DNA of 64,000 nucleotides, from positions 28,582,001 to 28,646,000 of the forward strand of contig OZ024757.1 of the NCBI GenBank assembly GCA_964016885.1, in the 5' to 3' direction. Made by a program: the position numbers and the translations under genes. The notes beneath the pieces were generated by a model. The model did no database searches and had not been told where the DNA came from. It worked only from the letters and a program-made list of their open reading frames with translations. Below, one piece after another: positions 33,372 through 46,062 of the stretch; the first letter of the stretch is position 1; every line of letters begins with the position of its first letter. The stretch is from Eledone cirrhosa. Taxonomy: Eukaryota.

Positions 33372-33865
33372 AGGGCCGAACGCAGTGTGGAAAGTTAGGA
33401 GGCCATATGTCCGGGTTGACATGGTTGTAAAAGTTATCTGAGTCACTTTTGAGTCTTCCTGGCCATGTGTGCTTGAACACATAAAGCTTTTCTCCATGCC
33501 ACCTCTTCAATCCAGGGCTTCACAACAGTCTCCAGAACCCCCTGGTATACATCTTGGTTCACTTTCAGGCCCATATTAAAGATGTGAGAGGAAACTTGAT
33601 TTTCATGGCCCTGGGAACATCATCTGGGCTAACGACCTGTTATTCTCCTTGGTGTTTGCCTTGTTCTGGCAAAAGTTATTTCCTCTGAGAAAAACCACAT
33701 TTGATTCCAGGGGATGCTTCAACAACTTTTTTGCCATCTTAACACAGTTCTCCTTGATCTTCTGAGTAAGCAGCTGTCCTGTCTGCATCGTGTAAGACTT
33801 ATAAAGAAGGTCTTCATTCACAGGAGTCCTAACAGTTTTTTCATCATTGCCTAGTTGCTTAACAA
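33372..33865 (-). pseudogene. Degraded Tc1/mariner (DD37D/maT-like) transposase
   Basis: Reverse-strand fragments EDLLYKSYTMQTGQLLTQKIKE..AKKLLKHP, GLKVNQDVYQGVLETVVKPWIEEVA, AHMARKTQK and NFYNHVNPDIWPPN. Frameshifts and stops present. Confidence 0.8.
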
Positions 33866-35932
33866 TCTTACATATCCCAATGGAAAGGTTTTCCTCAATG
33901 AAGCTGAACTTTCTGGATGAAATCAACATCTCCAACCCTTTGTTTACTGCGATTAGAAAATTCTAATAATTGATTTTATCCACTAAAACTTCACCAACCA
34001 TATTTGCTGGCCTGTTGAGCACCACCTAGTTTTACAAGGACATTTTGAGAGGAAAAAATGAATTTTATAACCTTTCTTGATAAATTTATTAAAAATGATT
34101 TCATTGTACATCTTCACATTTTACTAAGTCCAATATAAGTAATTTTTTAATCATGATTGTCCTCGGTGATACATGCAGGGAAGATTTTGAATGTTGTTTT
34201 CTTTTAGAAAAAAGTGTGGCAAATAAGGTAATTCTTAAAGTTAAATTGAAATTTTAGGAATGCTTTTATAATGTTAGAAAATTCTAAAAATATCATTAAA
34301 TTTGAGAAAAGTTATTTCAGTGGTAGAAAATTATAGAAATATAATTAAATTTTAGAAATGTTTTTATAATTCTAGAAATGTTATTGCAGTGATAGAAAAT
34401 TCACGAGATTTAATGAAATGTTTTCTTGTACAAAAATATTTAGATATGTTAGTATTTCTCAATGTTTTCATGAGACAGATTTGACTATTTGACTAATAGT
34501 ATGACAGACTAAATACATTGTATTTAATCCATCATGTTCATTTATGATTTAACCCAAAGTAAATTGATTTTCATTCTTTCAGTTTAATATTGGAGTGAAT
34601 TAAACCCTTTTAATATCTAACTACTGGTTCTATGATACACATTTTATTTTACTGTTGATATTTATTGAAAAACCTTCCTTCATAATTTTATGTATATATA
34701 TATTGGCCAAATATCATTATCACCATTTAACATCTATTTTCCATGTTTGCATGGGTTAGACAGGCTGTCACATTATAAGGCCAGGTTACTATATTTTGCT
34801 CATACATTCCATTTTTAGCTTGTACTGGGAGCTTTTTGTTGCTCATACAGAACCAATTTTGGCTTGGTCGCTACAGCTGGATGCCCTTCTTAGTGCCAAC
34901 CTCATTTACAGTGAGTACTGGGTGCTATTTGATGTGACACCTACACAACCACTTTACAGTGTGGACTGGGCACCTATATTGGTGGTTGGTATTAGCAAGG
35001 ATATCAAGCTGTAGAAACCATGCCAGAAATTTGTTTATAAAAAGTACCCAGTCAACTGTGTAAGGTAGTAGGTATTGGTACCCTGATAAAAAGCACCTAG
35101 TTCACCCTGTAAGGTAATATATTGGTAGTTGGTATTATCAAAGATTTCCAACTGTTGATGACACAATAAAATGCTACTAGTACACTCTTTAAAGTGCTGG
35201 AGCATATGTAAGATACAGGGCTCCCAACCTGTCTAAGTGGTCAGTATCAATTCGTCCAATCCCTGTAGCAGGAAAAATAATCTTTAAATGGTGAAGAGGA
35301 GGAATAGAATGATGTTGACAAGGAGGAAAGCTGGGGATTATGATGGTATTGAGGATCGTGTATGATAATATCTAATAGCTACGTCTGATGAAAATGGTTT
35401 ATGGCCAGACCAGTCTGGTCTCAGGCACAACTGCAGCTATTAATAGATAATATACACTCCTGTCTAACCCATGCTAGCGTGGAAGATTTTCCATGCTTTC
35501 ATGATTGCATGTAGCTGCTGTGACATGGGGTATGAATGACCACCTCGTATGTTACCTGATTGTTTATACAAGTGACTAATTTGTCTCCTATTTTTCCAGA
35601 AAAATAGAGCATTGGTGCTGTCTATTGTTATCTGCAACTGAAGTTGTTTGTAGAAGTTCTTCATATGCACTTTACTTTGACCTGATGTGATGCGTAGATA
35701 GAAATAATTACTGTTATTCTGTTACTTTCTCAGTTAAGTGGATACCTATCCAGAAAAGCTTAGATATAAGGCTCATATAAAAGTGGTAGCCCTGGCGTGT
35801 ATTACCGGACAGTGAGGGATTCTTATTATGTGTCTGTATATATTTTGTTCATACTATGTCAATCAATTTTATTTATCTTTTATTATTTTCTTCTTCTCGA
35901 TCCTCTTTCGGCCCTTGCTGCCAATAATGAAG

Positions 35933-36173
35933 ACTCTGTGAGAAGCAAGCAATCATGAGCAGTATCCCGGTTCCTGTTGTGAAATCATCCGCATCCACGT
36001 CACCATGGATACAGCAGTATGTCGGCCGGCACAGTACGGTGGGTTACGGCTGTCTTAAAGACTGGGCGTCGTCGGTTGCTAGCGTTAGTGATAGTTACCC
36101 CTGCCACCAGAAAATACAACAGGGTTTAATTACAGGGGACACATATTCTCAAGCAGCAAAAGTAGGCTATTAA
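35933..36173 (+). CDS. AHR: Probable last coding exon of AHR: (R)LCEKQAIMSSIPVPVVKSSASTSPWIQQ..AAKVGY*
   Basis: The first AG after a long pyrimidine tract (35870-35920) gives phase 2, matching the 32867 donor. 79 open codons, GC-richer than the flanks. A strong AAG|gtgagt donor follows at 36177. No homology support recognised. Confidence 0.62.
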
Positions 36174-36279
36174 AAAGGTGAGTTGGTGTTGTCAAATTTG
36201 TTACCATATTTCTAATGAAAGACACTGCTTGTAATCAAGAATTAGTAATTTAAACATCTTGCCAAAAACAACCCTGAGT

Positions 36280-36400
36280 GGGCATGCCAACAAAGTCAGA
36301 AAACAGCACATCTCCCATGACTTTCGGAAACATCTTTTCACACTCAGAGTTGCTGAAGCATGGAACAAACTACCTGCATTACACCTAATGCACTGTACAC
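36280..36400 (+). mobile_element. CR1-type LINE 3' fragment
   Basis: Translates GHANKVRKQHISHDFRKHLFTLRVAEAWNKLPA, like the CR1 ORF2 end RGH..K....RK.FFS.RVV..WN.LP. Confidence 0.75.
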
Positions 36401-37999
36401 AATAAGCTGGGAATATAACTTAACAAAGATTCATAAGCAGTATCTTTTAAAAGAAATCAAGTAATGAGAAGATTTAATGAATAAAAAGTAGAACTGATGT
36501 AAATATGAATAAAATAAACTCCATTGTCTTTGTATATTAATGTTCTTTTTTTAATTATTTTCCAGAAAATTCCAATGAACAAGACACCAAATGACAGAGA
36601 AGATGAAATAGTCAGAAAAAAAAAAGAACCCTATCTTTCTGTCTATCCAGCTCAAAATCTACATATGTGTGGATATAGAGTACTGATGATTCATCTAACC
36701 CTTGCTAACAGAGAAACAAATGTTAAATATATATATCTCATCATTTAACGTCTGTTTCCCTGCTTGCAAGGGTTGGATCAGTCATCAGTACACATAAAGA
36801 TCCACATATTTAATGCACACATTACATCCCTCTCCACAAACTCTTATCTTACCTGCTAATATAAGCAATAGACAGAGATGCTGATGTGTTGACCAGTCCC
36901 CTGGTATACAGGCTGCAGGCATCTACCTGACAAAAATGACCAAGTTCATTAAGTCAGGAATTATACATTTGTCCAAATGATAAGAGGATAACACTTTCTG
37001 TATACACACTAGAGACTGTCTGCCATCTCTTATTTGTGTGTGTATATATATGGGTATCTAGAAGAGTCATTTTAGCTAGTTAACCCTTTTGTTATATTTC
37101 TAATAAAAGACACTGCTTGTAATCAAGATTTAGTAATTTAATTAAGCTGGATATTGGGAATATAACTTAGCAAAGGTAAATAAATAAAAAAACAACTGCC
37201 ATTGTCAGTAGTATGTCTAATATTTAGGTAACATACAGCTAAAATAACTCTCCTTTCTCTCTATATATACTTACGAATGAGACTTTTTGTTGTCGTTTGC
37301 CTGATTTAACATCAGTTTCCAGGGCCCACCACGAGGAGGTCGACAACTTGGGTCCCATATATAATCATGGTGTGTGTGGAAGGGTGTATGCACACATATA
37401 TATTTCTGGATTAATTGGACAAAATAATCTATTCTATCCATCTGTCATGTGTGTCTGGCTGGCTGCACAGTTTGGATATCCTTTTTTTTAATCTTCTTCT
37501 CTGGACATGTATTTAGACAGCATTTCAACAAAATGTTATATATATCTGCAAGGGTATATTTGTGTATACATATTTGAGAACGTTGAAGTTAGTAGTTGTA
37601 ACATGTGAAGTTTTAAACTTCGAAATAGAAACTATGCATGAGTATATAAATGTATACATATATATTATACCTATATATATACACGTTATATATAATGTAA
37701 GAAAAAGTGTGACAGTCGGGGATCAGTAAAAACAATAATTGAGAAGGGAAGTTTTTTTTTTTGTTCTGTTTAATTTTTGGTTCTTATTTCTTTCATTTTT
37801 TGTTAAAAAGTAAAATAAATTTTGTTTCTCCGATATTCTGTTTTTTTCTTTTCTTTTTGGAAGAAGATCGTTGGTTGAAATGATTTCTTTTTCAGTAAGA
37901 AGTTTGGAAAGAACTGTTCATCAATAATCATATTTCTAAGTTTCATTCATCAAAAACGTTAAGTAAATATATGAATAGATTCATTCATTAATAATGACG

Positions 38000-38880
38000 A
38001 TGGTGGTTTCTTCTTCAATGGTTGAAGAATAAAAATTAAAAAAATGGCGGTTTCAATGGCTGAAGAATAAAATTGTAAGTTTAAAAAAAAAAATGGCGGT
38101 TTCTTCTTCAATGGTTGAAGAATAAATAATTAAAAAAATAGCGGTTTCTTCTTCAATGGCTGAAGAATAAAATTGTAAGTTTAAAAAAAAAATGGTGGTT
38201 TCTTCTTCAATGGTTGAAGAATAAATAATTAAAAAAAATAGCGGTTTCTTCTTCAATGGTTGAAGAATAAAAATTAAAAAAATGGCGGTTTCTTCTTCAA
38301 TGGCTGAAGAATAAAATTGTAAGTTTAAAAAAAAAATGGCGGTTTCTTCTTCAATGGCTGAAGAATAAAAATTAAAAAAATGGCGGTTTCTTCTTCAATG
38401 GTTGAAGAATAAAATTGTAAGTTAAAAAAAAAAATGGCGTTTTCTTCATCAGTCGTTGGTTTAAAATGGCGATATTCTGTTTCTTCTTCGGTGAAAATGG
38501 CGATATTCTGTTTCTTCTTTGGTGAAAAAAAAAAAATGGTTAAACATTATTCGGGTGGTCTGAGACGAGGTCAGCAAATGAATGGCAGCCTCTACGAGTC
38601 AATGGCTGAAGAATAAAATTGTAAATTTAAAAAAAAAATGGCGGTTTCTTCTTCAATGGTTAAAGAATAAAATTGTAAGTTTTAAAAAAAAATGGCGGTT
38701 TCTTCTTCAGTCGTTGGTTGAAAAAATAAAATAGTAAGCTCAAATAAAGATGGCGGTTTCTTCTTCAGTCGTTGGTTTAAAATGGCGATATTCCGTTTCT
38801 TCTTCGTGATTTAATAAATGGCGCGAAAAGTTTGGTTGGCGGCCATCTTTAAATGGTGAAAAAAAAAATGGTAAAACATT
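38000..38880. repeat. Tandem array of 44-54 bp units with an internal palindrome and an AAAATGGCGG motif
   Basis: Unit A(n)TGGCGGTTTC-TTCTTCAA-TGG-[T/C]TGAAGAA-TAAAA(TTGTAAGT)TT. About ten full copies plus derived units. Confidence 0.92.
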
Positions 38881-39349
38881 ATTCGGGTGGTCTGAGACGA
38901 GGCCAGCAAATGAATGCCGGCCTCTACGAGTCCCAGCAGCAGTCACTTAGCACAATGCACCACACACGGATCGAACTTACATTGCCACACGTAGACCTGA
39001 AAGTCCACTCAGACAACACATAACGATACGAAACGTGCACGCCCACGCCGAAAGCCGCAATTCTACTGAGTAAATTAGTGGTATTTATACCTAGGATTTT
39101 CATTCGACGTTGAAAAAAAAAAATAATGTATGCACCAGGTAGGTAAACCAAGACTTTAAAAATTTATCTAACATATTTTTCCGTGTAATATGGTGAAAAG
39201 GAAACGTTTCAATATTTATTTATTTACAAAATAAAACAATTTCAATTAATTTTAATATTTCTAATAAAGCAAATTAAACTCAACCCCAGTGTGAGGCTTC
39301 AGACAAGATGGCGGCTGCAGACAAGATGGCGTCACCGGCTCCTTCCTAG

Positions 39350-39540
39350 CGCTAAGGTGCATACCTCCCAATTTCTCGATGGAAAAGAGCAATTCGGGGG
39401 TCAAGGACACCAGAGATCTCAACGGGAAGCAGTAGGTGTGACTGATGAGGATGGGACAAGTAGGCTGCAGGCCAATAACAGCCACAGCGCGGGGGATTTC
39501 GACTGTTGCCACCCGAAAGCATCGATACTAACATTGGAGA
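39350..39540 (-). mobile_element. CRE-like non-LTR retrotransposon fragment (post-RT region), inverted
   Basis: The reverse translation ..LISHTYCFPLRSLVSLTPELLFSIEKLG aligns with + strand 40045-40150 (..LMSFIPELLYSIEQLG). Confidence 0.5.
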
Positions 39541-40039
39541 TATTTGGGGGCGAGAGCAAGATAAACAACTTATTTAGCAGAGAATGTATACATCTGTATT
39601 TTGTATAGATAAAAGTGTGTGCATCGGTAGTAAGGATAACAGTTAACATGAATTATCAAAGGCGTATCGTCTTGAAATACCGCTTCTTTGATCCGCTTAA
39701 ACATGAGTATATATTAATAAATACATCTGTATTTTGTATAGATAAAAGTGTTGAGCTGGGCCTTGAATTCGTTATATAATTGTATAGCAATTATTACTGG
39801 TTTCTTATATAGGCACAAGGCCAGCAATTACTCAGTACATTACTGGTACTTTATTTTATCGACCCCGTAAGGATGAAAGGCAAAGTTAACCTCGGCGGGA
39901 TTTGAACTTAGATCATAAAGGGCCGTAACTCTAAAAACATGGCGTCAGACCCGACACTGCAAATACACCGCCGTTTAGCTTATATAATATCGAATCTACA
40001 AGGGTTATGTCTGTAAATAATTGTAGAAAACTTCTAGAA

Positions 40040-41150
40040 ACTCCTTGCTACAGCCCTGCTTCTATCCGAGCAGATATGCAACGTTAGGTTTGATGTCCTT
40101 CATCCCCGAACTGCTCTATTCCATAGAGCAATTGGGAAGAGTGCACCATACCCTACATCACCTGCTCCTTTCTAGAGACTGTTATAAATGGTGGCATTGG
40201 TCTCCGATCTCGCTGGCGTTTCTTTCGTTGGTAACCTCTTGCCGCGTCCTCATCAATAGGGTTCTCCAAAACAATGGAACGTCCCTTTTCTTCCCCTGAC
40301 GTGAAATCCAATGCGACATGGCTTCGGACAGGATAGCACACCAGCAATGCCTTACCCTCCTTTTAAACTGACATGCAGCTGGATAATGATTGCCTGCGAA
40401 TCGGTATTTCCCTGAGGCTCGGCCTCCGGATCTACAAGTCACACAAATATCGCTGCAGATCCACCGTAGACTCTTTAGGCCTCCTGTCGCTTCAGTACTA
40501 AAAGCACAATTTGCGGTCGAGCCCGTAGCACCGCACCGGAGACTTATGCTGTCCCTGCTTACCACCATCGACACAGAGTTGGCTACCAGCAGGTGTGAGC
40601 CTCGCTAGCTGGAATGGCTCTTGCCAAAACACAATGGAAACCACTGTGACCGAGGATTCCTCTTACCTCTGTTGATGTCAATCACCACAGCATATGGGAT
40701 GCCATCCAGTGCGACATGTCCTTGGATCGTTCCGCAGTGGTAAATCCCTCGTCTGGGATGCCACGTGCAATCTCTGACTAACCAAGATTTTGCTACATAT
40801 CAGTCGCTCTCCGACCGTTTTGCGGTCGAGCCCATAGCACTGGAGACTTATGATGTCCCTACTTACCACCATCGACACAGAGTTGGCTACCCGCAGGTGT
40901 GAGCCTCGGTAGCTGGAATGGCTCTAGCCAAAACAATGGCAACCACTGGCTCGTTCCGCGGTGGTACACCCCTCATCTGGGATGCCACGTGCAATCTGCG
41001 ACTAACCCAGAGTAAACTCTCCGAGCGGTTGGCGATCGATCCCGTCGCACTTGAGACTTATGATGTCCCTACTTACCACCATCGACACAGAGTTGGCTAC
41101 CCGCAGGTGTGAGCCTCGGTAGCTGGAAAGGCTCTTCGAGCGCGTCTCCA
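40040..41150 (+). mobile_element. Degraded CRE-like (RLE-type) non-LTR retrotransposon with a triplicated C-terminus
   Basis: Frameshifted motifs GGIGLRS..LAFLS, LDNDCLRIGISLRLGL, FRSGKSLVWDATC, FAVEPIALETY and ELATRRCEPR appear in the order expected for CRE-clade ORFs. Confidence 0.75.
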
Positions 41151-41944
41151 TACCATCCTCTGGGGAAACGCCTTCTCTATGTGTTTCACACATTATGTAC
41201 ATAAGAGAGAAACTAGTTACATAAAAGTATATATAAAAACACCCACTAAAATAATACACACACGTGTTATATTTAACCCCCCCCCCCACACACACACACT
41301 TAAATAATACACATATATGCGTTATATATAAACAACAACCAACAGAGTTTATCAAAACAAAATGTTCAGCTAATTCCTGACATAAAATATCAATGTTACA
41401 ACTGATGAAAGACTGTGAAACAGTGCCATAACATAATTCTTAGCTTCAAAAGACAGATTATGTATTAGCGATTAACAATAATGAAGAATTTATCATGATG
41501 TAAAAGAAGTAATACACACACACACACACACACAAAAAAGGGAACTTCAGCTCCCACCTCTGCTAAGATGTAAGTCGCTTACAATTATTTCATCAATTCC
41601 TTTGTTTATTGTCCAACCTAGCCCTAAACCCTCGATACCCCATATACCTTCAGTACATTCTAAACCTCACTCTCCCGTTACTTTCGCAACCCCCTAATCC
41701 ATCTGTACTCGATAAACTAACTTACATCACACATATGAACAAACTCACACAGAGGGATACACAAATCATCTACTTACACACATTTCTAAAGATTATCATG
41801 AATTAATATCTATGTAGCCATATGTATAAATATATGCCGATGTATACACATATGCATGTTTATATATATACATTTCATAATTATTTCTATATATACATAA
41901 ATATAGTTATGTGAGCTGCCCGACTCTCTCCTAAGTCCCGCCAA

Positions 41945-42236
41945 CAAGCTGCCTTGCCCATGTGTCCGCATCTCCATTCTATTGCACTTCCAACGGAAGC
42001 CTATTGGGTCTGAGATGTCGCTGTTGTAGGTCCCTCGACTCCACAGGCCTTGTGTTTTGTCCTGTCACCTAAATGCTGGTCGTTTCGCCCACCACACCGA
42101 GCTAAAGTTGATCATTAAACGGGCCCTAGCTAGAGTAAATACCCCCTTAGTTCTGGAGCCGGCTTCCAGAAACGACAGGAAGAGACAAGACGGTGTTACT
42201 CCTTGTCCCTGGGTGAGAGGTAGATGTCTCATCTGA
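41945..42236 (+). mobile_element. CRE-like retrotransposon fragment (zinc knuckle and RLE), a different lineage from 40040-41150
   Basis: From 42060: SCHLNAGRFAHHTELKLIIKRALARVNTPLVLEPASRNDRKRQDGVTPCPWVRGRCLI*, resembling SC..SAGR..RH..LN.IIKRAL......EP....DGKRPDG.T..PW..GR.L.WD. Confidence 0.82.
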
Positions 42237-45200
42237 TTGAACCAACCGCAAATTTGTAATAAATTGAAGTGAAAAGCAAATGGTGCATATGTTTCCCAAA
42301 CTATAACTAGTGTATAAATAAAAAAAATACTACAACCAATGTGGCAAGGTACGCTTCCTATCAACAACCACTAACTGCGTGGTCTGGGTGCATTATTCCT
42401 GCCACCAGCACTAGACAGGTTATCTTATTAAACTTGACAGTCCTCTCCTAGATGGGTTACCTCCACTACGGCTTGCGGGGAAAGGATTCATAGAAGTAGC
42501 TAATAGCATCTGCTATCTAGATGACTTCATTATTAGGGAAGGGCGGGTTTATGGAAAAAACGACAAGGCTGGAGGCAGGGGTTTGCCTCTGCCATCCTAG
42601 AAAGGGAAGACAGTTAATCCATCTAGTAATTTGTTATAAACAAATACCGGGGTTTGACCACCTTTATAAGGTATGTTCCAAAAACTAGCTTATTAGTGAT
42701 TAAGTTAGGTATATTACCAAACCCCTCCAAAATCTTGGTTATTTTCTAGATTATTGGATAATCAAAAAAGCAGTGAAGGTAGTATAGAATATAGCAGATC
42801 AAATATTATGTGTATACATGTATATATACAGTGATTTCAATTAGATAAAAATACATGTACACATGCATATATATCCAATGATTTTAATTAAATAAAAATA
42901 CATGTGCTGTGTGAATAAATATACATATGTGTATACACACATATAATACTTAGGGGAAGTAGACATTGTGGTTGTTATCCGTTTCAATTTATCCCAGATA
43001 CCTGCATCTCCCTCATTTACACAGTGTGTGTGTGTGTGTGTATGTATATATCTATGCGTGTGTGTATACATGTATGTGTCACTTAAAGACAGAACACATC
43101 CAAAGAGGATATTATCTAACATAATCGCAGAAAATCACATAGCATTAAAAAGAGACATTTCACCAGAATTATAATCCCTCATCATATTGTGGTTGGATCA
43201 GACTGGATCCTGGGTGGTGGTTTTGTTATTTTTAGGAGGGTGAGGGTGTCTTTTGATGTATTATGTATGTTCTCTATCATATTTATTCTTTAACTGGTTT
43301 CAGTTATTGAATTGATGCTATGCTGGAACACTGCCTTAAAGGGGTGTTTGTAGTCGATCATACTGACTGCCTTACTTATTTTGAAGTAGAAGTGCTGATG
43401 CCAGTTCAAAAAGCAGAAAGTCTAGCCTGTGATAATTAACACACCCTGTAAGATGGTAGTGCTGGTGACACAACAATAAACACCGAGTCTACCATGTAAA
43501 GTGGTACTATCTGAGTCACAATAAAAAGGCTTCTAGTACATGCTGTAAGGAAAGGCATCAGCCATAGAAACCAAGTCAAAAAAGTTACGCATTTCATTGA
43601 GTAATGTTACTCGAAAGAGCCTTCAGAATTATGACGAATATTCCATAATTGATCTGCTATATCATTCTATACTACCTTCAAAAGGAGCCAAGCTACATCA
43701 GTTAACATAGTCGTAGATACAGTAGGCCTGATATAAAGGACAGAATGGTCTGTTACATGAAAGGTATTTCAGCTTTGATCATTGTTAAGTGTATCTAGGA
43801 CTACATGATTTGATGTCATTGCTTGATTATGCCAGTAAGATGTAATAAGGGATATATCACTGCTAATTCTAGCACAATTACATTATCTGATGTTGATGTT
43901 TAGCACCTGGTCAACCATGATTGAGCATACCTTTGATCAAAGACATCCGGTTTTTATTCAAACATGGTATGTCGAGGATACATTATCTAATATAAATTTC
44001 TTCTTGTTGCTGTTTAGCCCCTGATTAGGATATATATAGGATTCACTTCTCTTTTCCTTTGATCCTACTGGGTCATTGGAGTGCTGCTTTGCAGTCTATC
44101 TTGGGCAAAACACCCTGGCAGAGCCCATCCCCCTGTAGGTTATATCTAAAATGATACCATGTAATGCTCATTGCAGTTGTTTAGCCACTAGCTAGCCTTG
44201 ATCAAGCAGACCTATGATCAAAAGCATTCCAGCTGTGTGACTGCCATATTTTTAACTACACACAGGGTACACATGATCATATAATACAATGTGTACTATT
44301 TTAAGATTGAAGGGTGTGATTTGGGGGGCAATGTGACTGCTATTTCTAGAAGGGTGAGTGACCAGGTAAAGGCTCACTTGTTGGCCTGTGGTTTTCTAAA
44401 GTGAAATAAATAGGAATTTTTGTAGAAATGTAATCCAACAGAACTGTAAGTAGTTATTAAGATAAAAGATATATGTGAATGGTTGCACAAATAACATATG
44501 TATATGTGTGTGTACATATACACATATAGCCATGTATATGTGTGTACATATGTACACACATGTATATATGTGTGTGTGTGTATATATTTGCATATATGTA
44601 TAAAAACAACTTTAAAAAGCTGCAGATAAGAATAACAACAACAATAATGATTTCTTTATAACAACAACAGCACCAGTAGCAAGAAAAATAGAAAGAATTT
44701 CAATAAATAAAATAGAAAACTATAGACCTGTAAAGAACATTGTAATGCTGTTAATAGCATATAGCTGTTAAAATGGGTGCTTTTACCATAAATCTTTGTA
44801 GAAGCAGAACTGTATAATCTATCTGAATGATGTCTTCTTCTGTCCAATGACAATTGTCACTGGATTTTTTTATACAGATTTTGGGGAAAAAAATAGAAAA
44901 GCTATTTGTAAATTTATAAAAACGAATTGCCTTCCATTTTGTTTTATTTCTTTTATTTTCGGTATTTGGTTTTTGCTGTTGGTGGTTGTAGTAATAGTGT
45001 TATTGGTGATGGTAGAAGTGGTGTTGTTATTTGTGGTAGAGCTGTTGTTGATGGTGAAAGCAGTGGTGTTGTTATTTGTGGTAGAGCTGTGGTATTGTTG
45101 ATAGTAGTGGTGTTGTTATTGGTGGTGGTGATGTTATTTTGTTGTTGCTATCATTGGTTTTGTTTTGTTCTTATTTTCTTTCTTTATAAGCTTGTATGAA

Positions 45201-46062
45201 GTAGAAGAGGAGGGGGCGAGGTTGTTTAACCATAAATACCAATCATAGTACAATCACACTAAACTCTATTTAGTTTCACTCTATTGTCTACGTCTGTACA
45301 TCATTAATTTGGCAGTATTGGTAGAGCGTCAGACACCAAGCTTTGTTCTAAGTTCAACTCCCGCCGGGATTAACTTTGCCTTTCATCCTTACGGGGTCGA
45401 TAAAATAAAGCACCTGTAATGCACTGGGGGTAATTGCTGGCCTTGTGTCAAAAGTAGAAACAATTAATATATATAAAACTAAACTATTGCAATTGAGTAT
45501 AACTTGGTAGCTTCAGTTGCTCATGCAGACACAGATAGCACCCCAACTCCATGTCTTTGTTATATTTGCAGGAAGACAATACACATTGCCCATTCAATGA
45601 TGCACAAAATGAATTTATTGAGATAATTACATCTTGTTTATACATGTTCCTGCTCTCTACAAAATGTCAGGTGGGTCAGGCTGGGCATAAGAAAGGGGAC
45701 CCAAGAGCTAAGAAGTCCACATAGCAACCATGCAATATCCATTTTGAGAAAGATCTTTGCCTACTTCAAGTTCCAAAGGGGTCTTGTACTGCTTTGCAGG
45801 AACCTACATTTCACATATGCTTTACCAGGTGAATTTTATCATGGCGTCTGTACCAGAGATAAGTCACCCAACACTTTGTTTGGTAAGCTTTCTATGACTG
45901 AATGTCCTTTCTATCAGTAACCACTTTACACGGTGTACTGGGTGCAGTTATCATGTAGATCAACAACATCAGGAAGTTGGCAGGTTTTCTACAACTCGAC
46001 ACCCTTCAATGACTTTACAAAGTGTACTGGGTGCATTTATTGTGTAAATTACCAACACTAGT

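Noticed and set aside
36171-36594. Stop read-through by double A-to-I editing (UAA to UGG) continuing into KENSNEQDTK*
   Set aside because: It needs two edits, no local dsRNA partner was seen, and such a short extension is expected by chance.
38000-38880. CRISPR-like appearance (palindromic repeats with linkers)
   Set aside because: The linkers are three recurring A/T sequences, not unique spacers. There are no cas genes and the context is eukaryotic.
41395-41430. CTGATGA..GAAA hammerhead-like strings (also ~27630-27655 and 35386)
   Set aside because: Stems I, II and III cannot be formed, or there is no valid NUH site.
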